Positions 49,101 to 63,032 of a stretch of 64,000 nt of DNA are shown here, one piece after another. Numbering within the stretch: position 1 is the first letter of the stretch; each line of letters opens with the position of its first letter. Both the position numbers and the translations under genes were made by a program. The notes beneath the pieces were generated by a model. It was given only the letters and a program-made list of their open reading frames with translations. It was not told the DNA's origin and did no database searches. Source of the stretch: Podarcis melisellensis (Eukaryota); the NCBI GenBank assembly GCA_964234715.1, contig OZ174278.1; one strand, given 5' to 3'.

Positions 49101-52100
49101 TCTTCATCTTCAGTCTCATTGTTTTTTAGCCAATGTGGTCAAGGTATTTTCCAAAATTAAAAGAGTTTAATTTTCTGCAATCCAATACTCATTTGCCTGA
49201 GAGCAAATCTCATGGTACTCAACTGTGCTTATGTTTGAGTAGATATGCACAGCATTGTGCTGTTAAAAGACAAAATCTTTTTTAAGCAAAAGAGGGAAAG
49301 ATATGCCAGCAAGTCCTCTAAAGTGTATTTATTATGCAAATGGGTCAAATGTTCTTGAATAGAATTCTGCACAAAATAGCCACTATGGCAATATGTTCAG
49401 TTCTAAAATGTTTAATTCCAAATAGGATGGGAATGAGCAAGTAGAAGCTGATATAACCCACTTTTGTTGCCTCTTCCAAGAAAAAATTAGCATGTCTTTA
49501 TCCATTTATCTACTGGATAAACTATGACAAAACTTACTGGTCATGCACCAGGTTTTTGGATAATGCATTCTAGTATTTCACAGCAAGAGCAAACCACATA
49601 TCCTAGCCAGTCATCAATTTAGGTTGTGTAAATGTATCTTCTGAGAAAAAGTATATAACAGTTCATAATCACGGCTCATTCATGTATATTTGGAAGATAT
49701 CAGCATGATAAAAACTGAAGTTATTAAAATTAGAAATGAGTAAAAACAGAAACATCAGCTTTTTATTCCTAACTGGTTTTGGGTTGCTTCTTTATATATA
49801 ACCAAATGCTAATAGAAACCATATATAGAATTATTTAAAATCCTAGTCAAGCTTCCTTTAAAATAGTATTTAAAAACTATGACTGAAAAATCATTACCAA
49901 ATAATGATCTGATTTAACTCCATTCCTAAAATTACTTTTGTATAGATTATGAACCACTATGATTCTAATGAAATCAACAGGTTTAAAAAAGATCAAAATA
50001 ACTGGGCATAATATTCTCTGTTTTATTTTTAAAATACTTTAATATTGTTAAGCCCTTCAGGGATGAGGCAGATAGGAATTATAACCCACATGAACTGCCC
50101 CAGAGCCTGCAAACATCATCATGGGAGGTTTGGAAGCTGGCAGCACAACAGCAGATCTTCTCAATAGTGGCTCCTTGCTTGTGGAATATTCTCTCCAGGG
50201 AAAAATGCCTGACATCATCTTTATCTGTTTTTTAGGCACCAGGCAAACATGGCCCCAGCCAACATGGCCAATGGCCAAGGGTAATGGGAGTTGTAGTCCA
50301 GCAATATCTGAACAACCACATGACCCCTACCTCTGGTGTACAACTGTGCAGATTATTTTAACCAAATACTAGTGGTCTTCATAGTGTTCAGGAAAAACAT
50401 TATTTGAAGTAAGAAAACATTAAAAGAATTAATGAAGGGGGAAAATGTGCCTTGCTTGGAAACATGATGGTTTTAATCTTGAACCCAAGTCTGCTACTCT
50501 GTCTGTCTGTCTGTCTGTCTTTCTTGTTACATAGAAAACCATAACAGTATCTTGGTTTATTCAGCTTCATAGACAAATGCTACTTATTCATTCTGACCTT
50601 TGAAAACAATCTGATAAACAGACTTTAGAGAAGAGAATAAATGGCCAAACAAACTGATATGCTTTATAGCGTACTAAACATAGCAGGAGTTGAATGTATT
50701 AATATTATTTTCCATGATTTATAATTTTATAATATGTTTGTGAAAATGTTAAGTGCATTCAAGTTGTGTTAAGCAGGGAACACATGCCACATGCTGCTGT
50801 GGTGCAAAGGAATGATATTCACAGAAACCAGCTAGAGTTCCCTTCCTTCTCAAAGAAGTGAGATGTGAAGATGCAAATAAACAAACACACCTGTTTCGAT
50901 AGTTTCTTCTGCCAACAATTCTCATTCACTACCTGGGCTAGGTAGTATTACTTTCACATGAATCCCCCTCCATCATTAAATGCACTAATTGCATGCCTGT
51001 TTCTTGCCTGCTCTGTCTAGAAAAGTACTATTTTAATCATCTTAACTTGGGGTGGGGGACAGCATGGGAAGAACACTGCTGAGCCACAACTAGTCCATTA
51101 AGAAGTATGCGAAAATATTAACTTGGTTCTAAGCCTTCCGATTCCTGCTGCGTTACTGACGTCAACAGCAGGAGGGGATTGGGTTACCAACTGCTTTTAA
51201 AGTGCCACTTAAATCACACCCTGGTGAAAATATTTGACAAATTTGGGCCTTGATAAAAGCTGTCAGGACAGCAGGACGTAGTATGTAAAACCAGAGCAGG
51301 CCAGAACGCCCTGTCACTTTTGTTAATGGCCTGCTCATACAAAGCTCTCTTGATGAACAAATGGAATGGAAATCAAAAAAGCAGGCCAACTCCACTGGAT
51401 GCCAGGACTTGATTGCAGGATCAGAGTCTGCTTCTTATATTTTGCATTCATGGGCACAAGTAATCTCTTGCTGACTGAAGTCAGCAGGCTTTTCTCATTT
51501 ACGCAGTGTCTGAAAACAGGCTTCATCCAGTGGTATAAACATTTAGCGATACATGTGCTTGTCCCCAGGTGCCATGCTGACACTTTTAACAGATTAAAGC
51601 TTGAGCAATAAATTTAGCCTTGCCTGGTTGGATCTACACTACCCCCTAAAATGGAATTAATCTATTATTCTTTTCATACAAACGTTCAGAAACTCAGAGC
51701 TAAAGAAGGTGTGAACTTAAAACCTCTGAAAAACAAATAATTTCTGATTTCAGGAGGGGAAAAGTTATGTGCCTTTACCTAACTCCTGATAGTGGAAACA
51801 GAAAACCTTAAAAACACATGTAAAATTCAATAACTACTTTCTTAAATCACATTCCTATATTGCAATCCTTTTAGTATATATCTGTGAATAAGCAAAAATA
51901 GCATACATTTATTTGCATTCTTTTTTGAAAGGGTAAACCTGAATCACCTTCTGTCCTCCTAGTTCCTTCTCACACTCACCATCTTAGAACACTAGCTTCT
52001 TTAAAGGAGTTTGGACTAATAGCCAGGCGAACCTTGCTCTGTCTTGTGAGGAGAGGATAGCACCAATCTAACCAGAGAAACAAACTAGGCAACTGCTTGG

Positions 52101-53490
52101 TGTGGCAAAGTTCCACATGTGACTGACTCAGCAATTGCTGTGATTCAGGGGGTCAGACTTTTCCTCTTCAGGGGCAGAGGCCAGGAATCTATAGCAGGAG
52201 AGATAATTTCCTTCAGGGACAACCTCTGAGGCATATAACCAACTAGAAGTACTTGTGGTGCCAGTTTTCTGGCCTAAGGACATTGTTTTGTCCTCCTTTG
52301 ATTCAGAGGACACCAGCCTTGCTCCATCAGAGGCTATGACTAATAAAGCTGGCTGGGCCTCTTTAAATGAAAAGACTCTTCCATGTGAAGGAAGAACTGT
52401 TGCTGAATCAACATCTGAGTTCTGCTCTCATGAAGTCTCCAGCTTGATACCTGCATGGAACTGTCCAAGGTATCTCTGCCTCTGCTAAGGTCAGTACTCA
52501 CAACATAGCAACAATGAACATGCCTGAGGAGAGCGCGCCTCTGTCTGCACTTTGAAAGAGACATACACAGAGTTCAGTGAGCAACTTATCAGCGGACAGA
52601 ATCAAGAACCTTGATCTCCATTGGCTGTCGGAGTAGCTACAAAGAGCAGGAGTAAAAGACATGGCAAGAGATGAAAAAGGGCAAGGGCCATAGCCTGGCA
52701 CCAGATCATACATGAACGTCATAGGTTCAATCTATGGAACCTCCAGACAGAACGAAGAAATAATCCTGCCTAAAACTTTGGAATATGTGAATTTAAAATG
52801 AAATTGATTGCAGGTATATCACATTAGGGATCACACTGCTCTGTTCCAAAAGAAAGGGGCTGCAGACTTGTCCTTCCATGCATAGTCCACAGGTAGGCAT
52901 AACTCAAGGTTATTTGCCTCTCTTACAAGGATCCAGGGATTTGGTGGTTCAGGAAGCAGCTGGTTGTTGTTTTTTAAGTGCACAAGAGCATTGTATCATG
53001 CAGCTTGAAAAGGAGAACACCCAACATCTTTTTGATATCTAGGATGCACTTTACAAAATGAAGGCAACTGCAGGTTATAATACCATAGCTGGGATCCTAT
53101 GAGACCCAGCTATGGGTCTCATGGTGTCTCCAATTTCTGCAATTTCCCTCCACCAGCAGCCACTTGAGCTGGTTTGTAAACCATTCCAAAAGAGACCTTT
53201 TTGGCGGTGCAAGAGGCTGTAGTAGATAGTGGTAGTGGAAGCCCTATTATACAAAGCTTTGTCTGCAAGCCAATGAGATTAAATATCAAGTGTTCAGCGT
53301 AGCCAATAGAACTAAAAACAGCAAGTACAACTGCAGGAAATGAAAAAGTGAATGCATTTTGTATACTAAATGAAAAAGCCATGCTAAAAGATTACTTTTC
53401 TCTTTAACCTTACTTACTTGCTGGAACACTTTATAAAGGAAAGGAAAGCAATTCACCAACAGCAAAAGTAGAAACTATCAAACAGATTAC

Positions 53491-54151
53491 CTTGGCAGGC
53501 GTATCCCCTTTCTTCATAGCCAGCGTTACACAAGCACTTTCCAATGGGAACTAGCCATTCTCCTTCTGTACTGCAGTACATCTTGGGTGGGTCTTCCTCT
53601 TTGGAATGATTAACACAAGAACCTCGCACTTCCACCAGTGACTGGGAATCCATAGGGACTGTATCTGGAAACATGGCCAGGTTCTTTACAGTGAAAGGGC
53701 ACTTCTTGAAGTACACTCGCACCGACACTAAGGCAACGCACGCACCCACATCTTGAAAAGCCAAGTAAAACCCTTTCCTGCTAACAGGTCCCACTTCACG
53801 GACCTCTGTGTTGAGTTTAAGAATCCGATCCCCAAGATCCATCTGAGTGAAGCTCTCGTCGGCAGCAATGGTATCAATCTTTGTAAACTGATGTTCTCTA
53901 AACTTGACGGAATGGTCATCATCAGACTCCATATAATACAGGTTAAAAGTTTCCTTGCAAGTGCCCAGAACTAGTGGGATGCTGTTACAGTCCCTCAGGG
54001 TAAATTTGAGTTCCACATAGATCTTCTGAGCTGAGTTACGTGCTATCCAGTTTGTCCTCAACCAGTTGTTCTGACTGTGGTCCATAACGTTGCAAACCTG
54101 ATACGTCCTGATCGGCGTATAGTTCTCATCAACACCACTTATTTCTTCCCA
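53491..54151 (-). CDS. EPHA3: EPH receptor A3, internal coding exon (exon 3; ephrin ligand-binding domain and start of cysteine-rich region)
   Basis: Translation [35 protein letters not shown]...[21 protein letters not shown]...[16 protein letters not shown]...EERGYACQ matches EphA3-specific residues. Acceptor ttttcag|TGG at 54152/54151, donor CAAG|gtaatc at 53491/53490; 661 bp, phase 0 to phase 1, as in mammalian EPHA3 exon 3. Confidence 0.96.
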
Positions 54152-54654
54152 CTGAAAACATAAATAAAAGGATAGTTACTGGAGAAAAATAGTTATAACA
54201 GCAAGCTCACAGATAATTTACCAAGCAATGATCTGATATCCCCCTTTCAATTAAAAGTTAGAGAAAAATCTTAGTCAAGGTATATTTTTAGAAAAAGCAC
54301 ACGACACAACTCTCTTCAAAATGTCTCACAATACTGTGAAATGTGGGTAGGAGCTTACAAGTTTGTAATGCACACACAAAAATAACGTGACTGTACCAAA
54401 ATTTGGGCACTTAAGCATACCCAGAAGAAGGCAGGGATAAAATAATTCCCCATGACAGGCTGGGTAATGTTTGTGTAGAGGAGATGTCTATCACATTGTT
54501 TTCTACCAACAATCTGAAGTCTCAAGAGCACAGCATTACTTTTTTCTGAACATTTTGAAACATTTGGGGGAATTGGGTGCAGACCAATCTTAGCAACCTG
54601 GCTCTGGAGACCCAAAAATCAAGCACACCACAGCTGCAAAATATTAATATTTTA

Positions 54655-54710
54655 TAATATAATATAATATAATATAATATAATATAATATAATATAATAT
54701 AATAATATAA
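54655..54710. repeat. (ATATA)n pentanucleotide microsatellite
   Basis: Direct read. Confidence 0.95.
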
Positions 54711-56005
54711 ATAATATTTTTATTTATAACACAGCAAAGTTTTAAAGAAGATAACATGCCACCATAAAACAATTTGGAAGCAACAGACACAGCTGTACAA
54801 TTAGATTTACCATTACCTACTTAAAAGAAAATACCGAAAAGAAAAAGTTAATGATAAAGGGCATGAGGATTGTAATGGTAAAACAACAAGTGAAGTTATT
54901 TTCAGCTGGAAAATAGCCTGCAGATGAAGAGCTAAGCACCCGCCAACTTGAAATTAGCATCTTCCTTCTGCTGCATTTCAATAAAAGGAAGACGCCTGAA
55001 GACTGTTCATGTGTTGCTGGTACATGATCCTGGTGGCCCTTCAATGTTTTGTGTAAGTGAATACACTTCTAAGGCCATAGCCCAACACTGCATTAAGCAA
55101 ACTTGAAACCTCTGAGATTTATGGATGTAAATGCACTTAATTCGTTGTCGGACTTTTGGCTTTCTAATTTAGAGCAGCACAAGCATTTGTGCCATCTGCT
55201 TCTTTCTGTAAAAATATATCCATATGCATTGCCTGCGTGACAATAGGTAATTCAGGACACTTGGCTCTGGACTAATTGCACCTGTTTTAGATATAGAAAG
55301 TCTATTTTGTGACATACTTTGCATATGTGTTTTATTTGAAAAGCTAATCATTTACTTCTCTAACTGCAGAGAACAAATCATTACATTAAATGAATGGGAA
55401 TGCACTTTTGTCCCTACTTACTAACATGCAAGCAGGAGCAAAAACCATGCAATTCATTCATGAGTGAAATCCTTGGGATTAATGGAGAATTGTGATTTGG
55501 AGTCAAGATTAGGCATGTCTAAATTCTGAGGCCACTGGTTGAAAGATGCAGTGTGAAATTAATGTTTACTGGGCTCCTCATGTTGATGGTAGATTTATGG
55601 AGGCACTAACCTGGTGGAAGTTTAAATTCCTTCTGCTTTTCGTGAAGGTACATAATTCTTGATAACTGCCACGTTTATGTTTTCAGGAGTTCAATTTAAA
55701 GGGTAATTTGGCCCAGCTGTATCTCACCTATCTTTGTAGATCTGGAATACTTTTTTGGGTGACGTGGTTATATAACAAAGCTATAGATTGGAATTTGGTA
55801 TATTATTAGCTATGGACAAGATACCCAACCCTGTCTCAGCCAAAGATACATTAGCATAACTTTCTCAGCCCAGCTCAGCTGATGGGGATGGAATGGGAAC
55901 AGGACAAGAGAGTAGGGACTTTGGCTGGATCCTAGGCCTATTCAATTACTTGGCAACCCAGCACAGAACAGTATTTTTAAAGGCTTGCTATGCCTATTAC
56001 ACAGA

Positions 56006-56358
56006 GGGACATGGGTGGCCTAAACCGCAGAGCCTAGGGCTTGCCGATCAGAAGGTCGGTGGTTTGAATCCCCACGATGGGGTGAGCTGCTATTGTTCAG
56101 TCCCAGCTCCTGCCAACATAGCATTTTGAAAGCACATCAAAGTGCAAGTAGATAAATAGGTACAGCTCCGGCAGGAAGGCAAATGACGTTTCCATGCGCT
56201 GCTCTGGTTCGCCTGAAGCAGCTTAGTCATGCTGGCCACATGACCTGGAAGCTGTCTGTGGACAAACGCTGGCTCCCTCGGCCAGTAAAGCGAGATGAGC
56301 GCCACAACCCCAGAGCCATCCATGACTGGACTTAATGGTCAGGGGTCCCTTTACCTTT
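56006..56358 (+). mobile_element. Sauria SINE (small deletion in A-box region)
   Basis: gggacatgggtggc|ctaaacc head, full body, cctttaccttt tail; 16-bp TSD tatgcctattacacag at 55989-56004 and 56359-56374. Confidence 0.92.
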
Positions 56359-57671
56359 TATGCCTATTACACAGCACAGCAGCAGTAGCCCCAGCTGAAT
56401 GAAGTTTGGATCTGGTATAACTTTGCACTCGCTTAATTTACACCAGCTTGCTTTAATGCCATCTCCTTGTGCTTTATGCCATCATGCTCCCCAACAGCAG
56501 TATTGCTAATTTTCCCCAAATCACCCTTTTAGTGAATTCTCATATAAGATGCACGTACATGCAAATGGATCCACTTCCAGTTCTGATTGCAAGCTGGAGC
56601 CCAGCAACATATTGAGGGCACAGATTCCACCCTCCTATTCTAAAGCAGCCATTCATTCATTCCTAAACAGCCTTTTCCCCCTCTGAGTAATTTTTGGTGT
56701 TGTTAACGATTCTGCAGTTTGTCAGTATATCTTTATATCAACACATCTGTGCATCATTTGTCTGCATCTTGAAGACAATCTGTTTTCAGAGAGCAATTAT
56801 GTATTAACAGAAATCAAAACAGCCATCTAAATTTAGCTTTCTAATAATAACTAAGTTTGATTTAGAATTATTTTATCATTACATCATGAGTGGCATGTAG
56901 TGAAATACAATATACACCTTTGAGTGCATTTCTTAGACCTTCAACATGTTCAACATTTTTCATTTTGCCACGCTGACACCAAGGGGTGAATACTGAGGTC
57001 TAAATTGCATGACAAACCAAGTATCACCAGTATATACCTTCTGCACAAAGGGTTGCATTGAGCTATTATCACTGCATTAATTTGTAATGAAGACCAAATT
57101 GCCTGTAAAATTATAGAAGAATGAGATTTCAGGCCATTTGAACAGATAGCAAAACACCCAAACTAGCAGTTAACACTGAAGCATTGCTCAACACAACATC
57201 AGGTTCCAATCTTATCTGTAATAGATAGATATTATTTGCACTCGTTTCCTGATGGTGCAACACAAATAATTTTGCAATCCCTAAAAGAGCTTTTAAGCAT
57301 TTTAAAAACTGTTAATGACCCTGCTGTTCTTAATGCTGAAATTGACTTATAGCCTTGTGTATTCCTATCTTATTATGTGGAGACATTCATTCATTATTGA
57401 TAGGGATTTTTTATGAGACTCCATGCCCTAGCAGCACTTTCAATCATGTTCCCTCCTGGTACACAATGGAGACCGTTTGATCAATTGGGCTCATGCACTT
57501 GAGAGACCAGAGTGTTTAACTGCCCCACCATCACAGCAATCATGTATGACCTCTCAACTTGAGACACGATAAGTCAGGAACCATTTAAGAATCAGCAAAT
57601 GTTGCTTGTATATTATTATATGAAAGCCATTCAAAACTACAGAATTCCTGTCAGGAATTCTTGGATCTGTT

Positions 57672-57995
57672 CATAAGAAAATAAGAAGAGTCCACTGGAA
57701 CAAACCAAAGACCCATCTAGTCCAGCACCCTATTCTCATTTTGGCCAACCAGATGCCTATGGGAAACTAGGGAGCAGAATATGACAAAAAAGCACTGGTT
57801 TTCAGCAACTGGTAGTCAGGAGCATTGCTGCTTCCAACTGTGAAGATAGAGCATAGTCATCATGATTAGTAGTCTATGTCATCAATAGCCTTTTCCTCCA
57901 TTAATCTGTCCAGGCCTTTTCACAGACTTGTAGAGTTGTAGTGTTGGAAGTGACCCTGAGGAACATCTAGTCCAACTCCCTGCAATTCAGGAATA
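57672..57995 (-). mobile_element. CR1-related 3' end fragments (two adjacent)
   Basis: cataagaaaataagaagag...cccatctagtccagca and ttggaagtgaccctgag..catctagtccaactccctgcaa, reverse-complement CR1-type tails. Confidence 0.6.
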
Positions 57996-60024
57996 AGCAG
58001 GTGGCCCACACAGGGATCAAACCCAGCACCAAGCTCTGGACAAAGCATATCTCCCCCATCAAAATATACATTTTCATCAGCCCATTGGGCTGGCCAATGG
58101 TAAAAGAAGACTGGAGTTGCGGTCCAACAATATTTGGAGGACAATCTCTGTTGTAGACAGATCAACAGAAATGTTTAACATTAGCAGCTATCACAACTAT
58201 TTAAAATACTCTCGGGATTTTGATAGGAGGAAGGCACAACTCCCATTGAGACTTAATAAAAACAGTTAGTTTGGAGATGTCTTTTTCCACACTGAAAGAT
58301 TTAACTGTTTTCACATTTGAAACATATAATCCTTTGTACATGATTGTACATTTGCCATGAGTTGACAGCATGAGTACCTCCAATTATTTCCATACTCATG
58401 TCAGACTTATGTTCGGATAGCAGTTGGTGACAAAATATAGACTGAACTAAACTGAACCTGACACGTTCACAGAAAACATACTGCGAACATGCAGCTCGGG
58501 GGGCGGGGGAGGGAATCAGAAGAAAAATGACAATTGGATGGGAAGATATTGATATAATATGAAGATTGCTACATGTCCTAACAAGCTCCAGATATGCTGT
58601 TGAAAACAGACATATCATCCAAATAGGCAATGTGAAGAAGAAAAATTGCATGGCATTCTTGTTGTCAGTGTAATTACTTTACATCACCTTATAAACTCAC
58701 AATGGCTGGGGAACTCTCACGTTACAGATGCCCTGCATGAGAACAGTATGCATTTTCTGGGTGAATACAAGGGGATTGTTCATATCACTTTGTGGTTGCC
58801 AAGCAATTGCCCTAACAAATGGTAAACAAAAAGGACAGAACCCTTTAATGCCGTGACTCCCAAATGTTGTGTCAGGACCCACCAGCGGGGTGCAAAAACC
58901 TTGTGGATGAGCTGCCAGGCAGCCTGCAATGAATACCAGAGACAATGCAGCTCTAGGATCTAATGAATGCATGATGTCAGGGTCAGAGGTGAAGACAACA
59001 GGTGGGCACCTCAAACCAAGATCAAGAACAGATGGACTGGTTACGTTTGGCTTAGTGGGGAAATGGAGGTCTTTGTGGCTTTCACAAGAGGCACAAACCT
59101 AAGAGATTCTAACCCACATGGCCTTTTTTCTGCCAGAAAAAAATTCCTCCCCAATTCAAAACACCATGTGCAGTGTTTTTGTTTGTGTATTGGGACTTTT
59201 CAGAAGCCTTTTGGAGACACAGCCTTCCAAACAGACCATCAAAGCGACACCCAGCTATTTGTAAAGTCCTGCACAGAAGGAATTCTGCCCCCACACACAT
59301 ATGGAACAGGAGGGTACGGGGCTGCGGGGCTGGCTAGATCCTGACCAAGTATTTCCTCATGCGTCAGTTTTCTGAAGTAGGTTACAATCCTTCTTTTGGA
59401 ATGGTGAAATGTAAAAAAAAAGGGTGGGAATGACTACAATTTCAGTTTTAATACATCCTGCACTTAAGAAAAATTCAAATCTTTCTAAGGAAACACATTG
59501 ATCAATGGGAAACAAAAGTGAGAAACACATGCAAGTATGAAAGGACTGAAGGACATCATCAAAAAATACTTGAAATTCAGGGTCATTGTAAACTTAACAT
59601 GGGGGGGGGGAACCTTAGATTTTTACATTCTTACTGCCTGAAACAAAGAGTGTGGTTTCATCAAACAGGTGCACAATATATCATTTCTTTAGTCTACCCT
59701 GCTTTTCAATCTGAATATACACAATGGAACTCTCAAATGAATACATATTATCCTATTGTCATTTTAAATACCATCAAATGTACAGTGAGATTCCTTAATG
59801 CTACACTAAAATAAAACTGTTAAAAAGCACCAGCTGGCTATATCAGTAATGGCTTGCCTCCAAGTCTCAAATGTCTTATTTATATACAATGGAATTCTGC
59901 CGGCTGTTTAATATTTAGAGCTAATAAATATAATCAGCACAGCACTCCTATGACTAAAAAACCACAAACACAAATATGCTTGAAAATCCATCCTAACTAC
60001 AAATTTCACAATGTCTGAAGGGGT

Positions 60025-60064
60025 GTGTTTGTGTGTGTGTGTGTGTGTGTATACACACACACAC
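60025..60064. repeat. (TG)n-TA-(CA)n self-complementary microsatellite
   Basis: Direct read. Confidence 0.9.
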
Positions 60065-60491
60065 AGTTGATAAACATGAGTAAGACATACAAATCTAGGC
60101 ATTTGATATTTTCAGTTGCAAAACTAAGCCTCCTATATAACTATAATGCAAAGAATGAAGTGGATTCATTTATTGTACTGCCAATAAGAAACAAAGAAGG
60201 TTACCCATCAGTTTCAGCAAACTATCAAGGGGTGCTTCCAGTTATAAAACCAAGCACTTGCTCATTAAAACAACACCCCCACCGGCTCCCAAAGCAGCCT
60301 GAAAACTTCCATTACTGTCTGCATGACATGGCTCACAAGACATTACCAAATGACTTCCACACTCATTTGAACATAAACATTTTCATATTCTCAACTGAAT
60401 TGGAATAGGAAAAGGAGGATGATATGCTCTGGTCTAATATATGCTTTATAGCAGGGGGGGGGCTAACCTATGGTCCTCCATTAGTTGTTGG

Positions 60492-60627
60492 CAGTGCTAT
60501 TTTTCTAGAAAAAGAGGTGCTAGAACTCACAATGAACACCTCCCTTGTTCTCTAGTAATGGCAATGGTGCCCACCGGAGAGGTGCCAGAACTGAATTCTG
60601 TCAAGTTCTGGCTGAAATAAAACCCTG
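60492..60627 (+). mobile_element. hAT-type MITE nested inside another hAT-type MITE (60452-60726)
   Basis: Perfect 8-bp TSD gttgttgg (60484-60491; 60628-60635); removing it restores the ggactacaac-family host. Confidence 0.82.
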
Positions 60628-61221
60628 GTTGTTGGATTCCCATTAGCCCTAGCTAATCAGTGGCCAAGAATGTTTGGAATTGTGTAGTTCGACAAAATCT
60701 GGAGGACCAAAGGATAGCTACCCCTGTCTTTAAGATTAAGCCATTATTGGTTGGTTTGTTTATAAATGTTGTCATCCATCTGCCTTGGGAGACATTGGAG
60801 AGATGTGCCTATGGAGGTGAGGTTAGGCTGATGTAAAGTTGCAATGCCAGCTGTGCCTGCAGAGACCATACAGGAGAGACATGTCTTGTGGCAGCTGGGG
60901 CAGCTGAAAGCTCCCAGTTGTGTCCATCTGTTTATAAAGGAGCAGCCTCAAAAGGGACAGTTGCAGTTAGGGGGAAATTGCTAGCTATACTGATTTCAGG
61001 TTGGGAAGAGAGTTTTAAATTGTTTGGGATGACTAATTAGAAAATCTATACTAAGTAAGGACAGAAAGAAGATGGAAAGTTCTTATTACTAAGTGGTGAG
61101 GAAAACAGGAGGTAGAAGCAAGAATAGGTTGAAAATGGGCAGACATTGGAACTTTGGGGAAGAAAAATTAGTGGAAAACTAGAGGTTTTCAAAAGCTTTT
61201 GAGATGGAGGACAAACATATG

Positions 61222-61375
61222 AGGGCAGCCCTGTTTAGGGAAGCTTTTAATGTTTGATGCATTACTGTATTTTAATGGTTTGCTGGAAGCTGCCCAGAGT
61301 GGCCGGGGAAGCCCAGCCAGATGGGCGGGGTATAAATATAAATAATATATTATTATTATTGTTGTTGTTGTTGTT
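61222..61375 (+). mobile_element. L2 extreme 3' end, same family as 15666
   Basis: ggcagccctgtttagggaag...gctgcccagagtggccgggg...gatgggcggggtataaat plus TTA/TTG tail. Confidence 0.8.
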
Positions 61376-63032
61376 GCTGTATTTTTGAATAATAATAATA
61401 TCAATGAAGCAAGCACTTCTGAAAGCACTTCCCTGTTCAGCTGCACATTGTGAAGCAAAGCAACAGAATCCTGATCAATGCTATTGTTGCTGCTCCATGA
61501 TCACAAAACTTAATGTACAATGAGTTCAAAATACAAGCTAGTGGGTTGTTTGTTTTGGTATCTTTTTTTCAAGTTATCTATATACTGGATTTCACAGGAT
61601 AAAAAAAAAATCTAATCAACTCTCACTAAGAAGCTGGTTACAGATTGCATCAAGGTCAAAAACAAATTAGCTAAGCACCAGAGATTCCCTCCCCCCCCCA
61701 CACACACACAGTATAGCTCTAAACAAAAAATGTAGCCCTGCTGGGAGCATGTTTCTACAAGTGTGTTTAACTTCTTCCCCCTGTGTTTGAGCCTGCAGAA
61801 GGTGGGGGGACTCACACAACGATTTCATTGTTTGCCTTTTTGATGAATCGTGCCTCCGTGGCAAAACTACAGACATCATGAGACGATAATGAAAGTCTCT
61901 ATTTGCACACCGGTCAGACCTCTTGTAGGTAACCATACAATCTTCCCTCGTGCCCTGCTTATGACCTCAGCGGCAGACCAAGAATCCTCCTCCTAGGATA
62001 GGAGGTGGTTTAACCTTCAGACTAGTTCAGTCCCTTGGGATCACCCCAGCCAAAGGTTAGCCTCTGAGTTACTACATGTCAAATTATTTGTGTTTCTGAT
62101 AAAGACGACTCAATCTCAGGGGCTTGAGACAAGACCACCAAACTCATTTGACTTGAATTAAAGTCTCAGATGTCAGAAGCTAGCCCCATATACTGTAAGA
62201 TAAGGAATGCTTTTTTAATGCATAGTGGCTATTGGATATATTTTCCCTTTCTTTCTCTGCCTGTTTGAAATGGCAGCATAAATCACTTGCTCTCCTTAAA
62301 CAATACCTATAGCTTGAGGACACATGCCAAGAGTCTGCATTTCAAATTGTCAAAAATTCTTATTGCATTTATTTGTTGATAAAAAAAACCCTGAGCTACA
62401 GTCTGTCGCTGATCAGACAGTAAGAACCCTTTCTCAAAAAGCTTGTATAAAATCCCAGATCTTTCTCTATAGCACCTAACTTGGATTGTATCACAATCCC
62501 TTGAGAAGGACACTAAGGACAAGAGAAGGGGGAAATGCCACAGGGTATGTTATTATTATGTGGAGCAGGATACAACTCCTAGAACAAGTTTATGGGGTGC
62601 TTGGTGGGGGGGGGGGAGAGAAAAGGGAAGTCTAGTTATGCAAACAGACCTTGCTTCCTGCATGCATACCCAGCTTAGCACTATGTTGAATTTCATCCTT
62701 GATTTTTATCCTGAACTTCCTCAACATGTTTATTTGTAAACAGGTCACCTGGAAGATTCCCAGAGCATTCAGGACTCCCTCCAATTCCCTCAGTCAGGCC
62801 ACAGCATCTAAATGGGTACCCCAGCCTTACAAGGGTATCACTTACAGCCAGTCCATCAGATCCCTCTTAATCCACTGGTGACCAGACTAAAGATATGACC
62901 CAACAAAATTCTCCTCCAATCCTAGTGTGTTTGACTCTTCCCCTTGATGTCAACCTTTCCCCTGAAACTTGACCCCCTTCCAGCTGTTTTTCCCCCCAGG
63001 GGATTTTAGACCTATATTTATGAAAGCAAATA

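Larger units (their letters stand above)
1..53490 (-). other. EPHA3: EPHA3 intron downstream of exon 3 (continues beyond window start)
   Basis: GT donor at 53490-53489 on minus strand; no exon-4-like sequence (CRPGFYK...) recognised in 1-53490; this intron is very long in Eph genes. Confidence 0.8.

Noticed and set aside
53453-54085. 210-aa ORF as a stand-alone gene or secreted isoform
   Set aside because: It is EPHA3 exon 3 read from an internal Met and through the donor into the intron ([12 protein letters not shown]); no nearby minus-strand AATAAA was found to support intronic termination.
58870-59347. TGTCAGGA...TCCTGAC LTR-like bounds and 125-aa ORF
   Set aside because: No TSD, imperfect terminus and no protein motif; insufficient support. 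Similar weak LTR-like patches at ~33330-33700, 61924-62076 and ~62660-63000 were also left uncalled.
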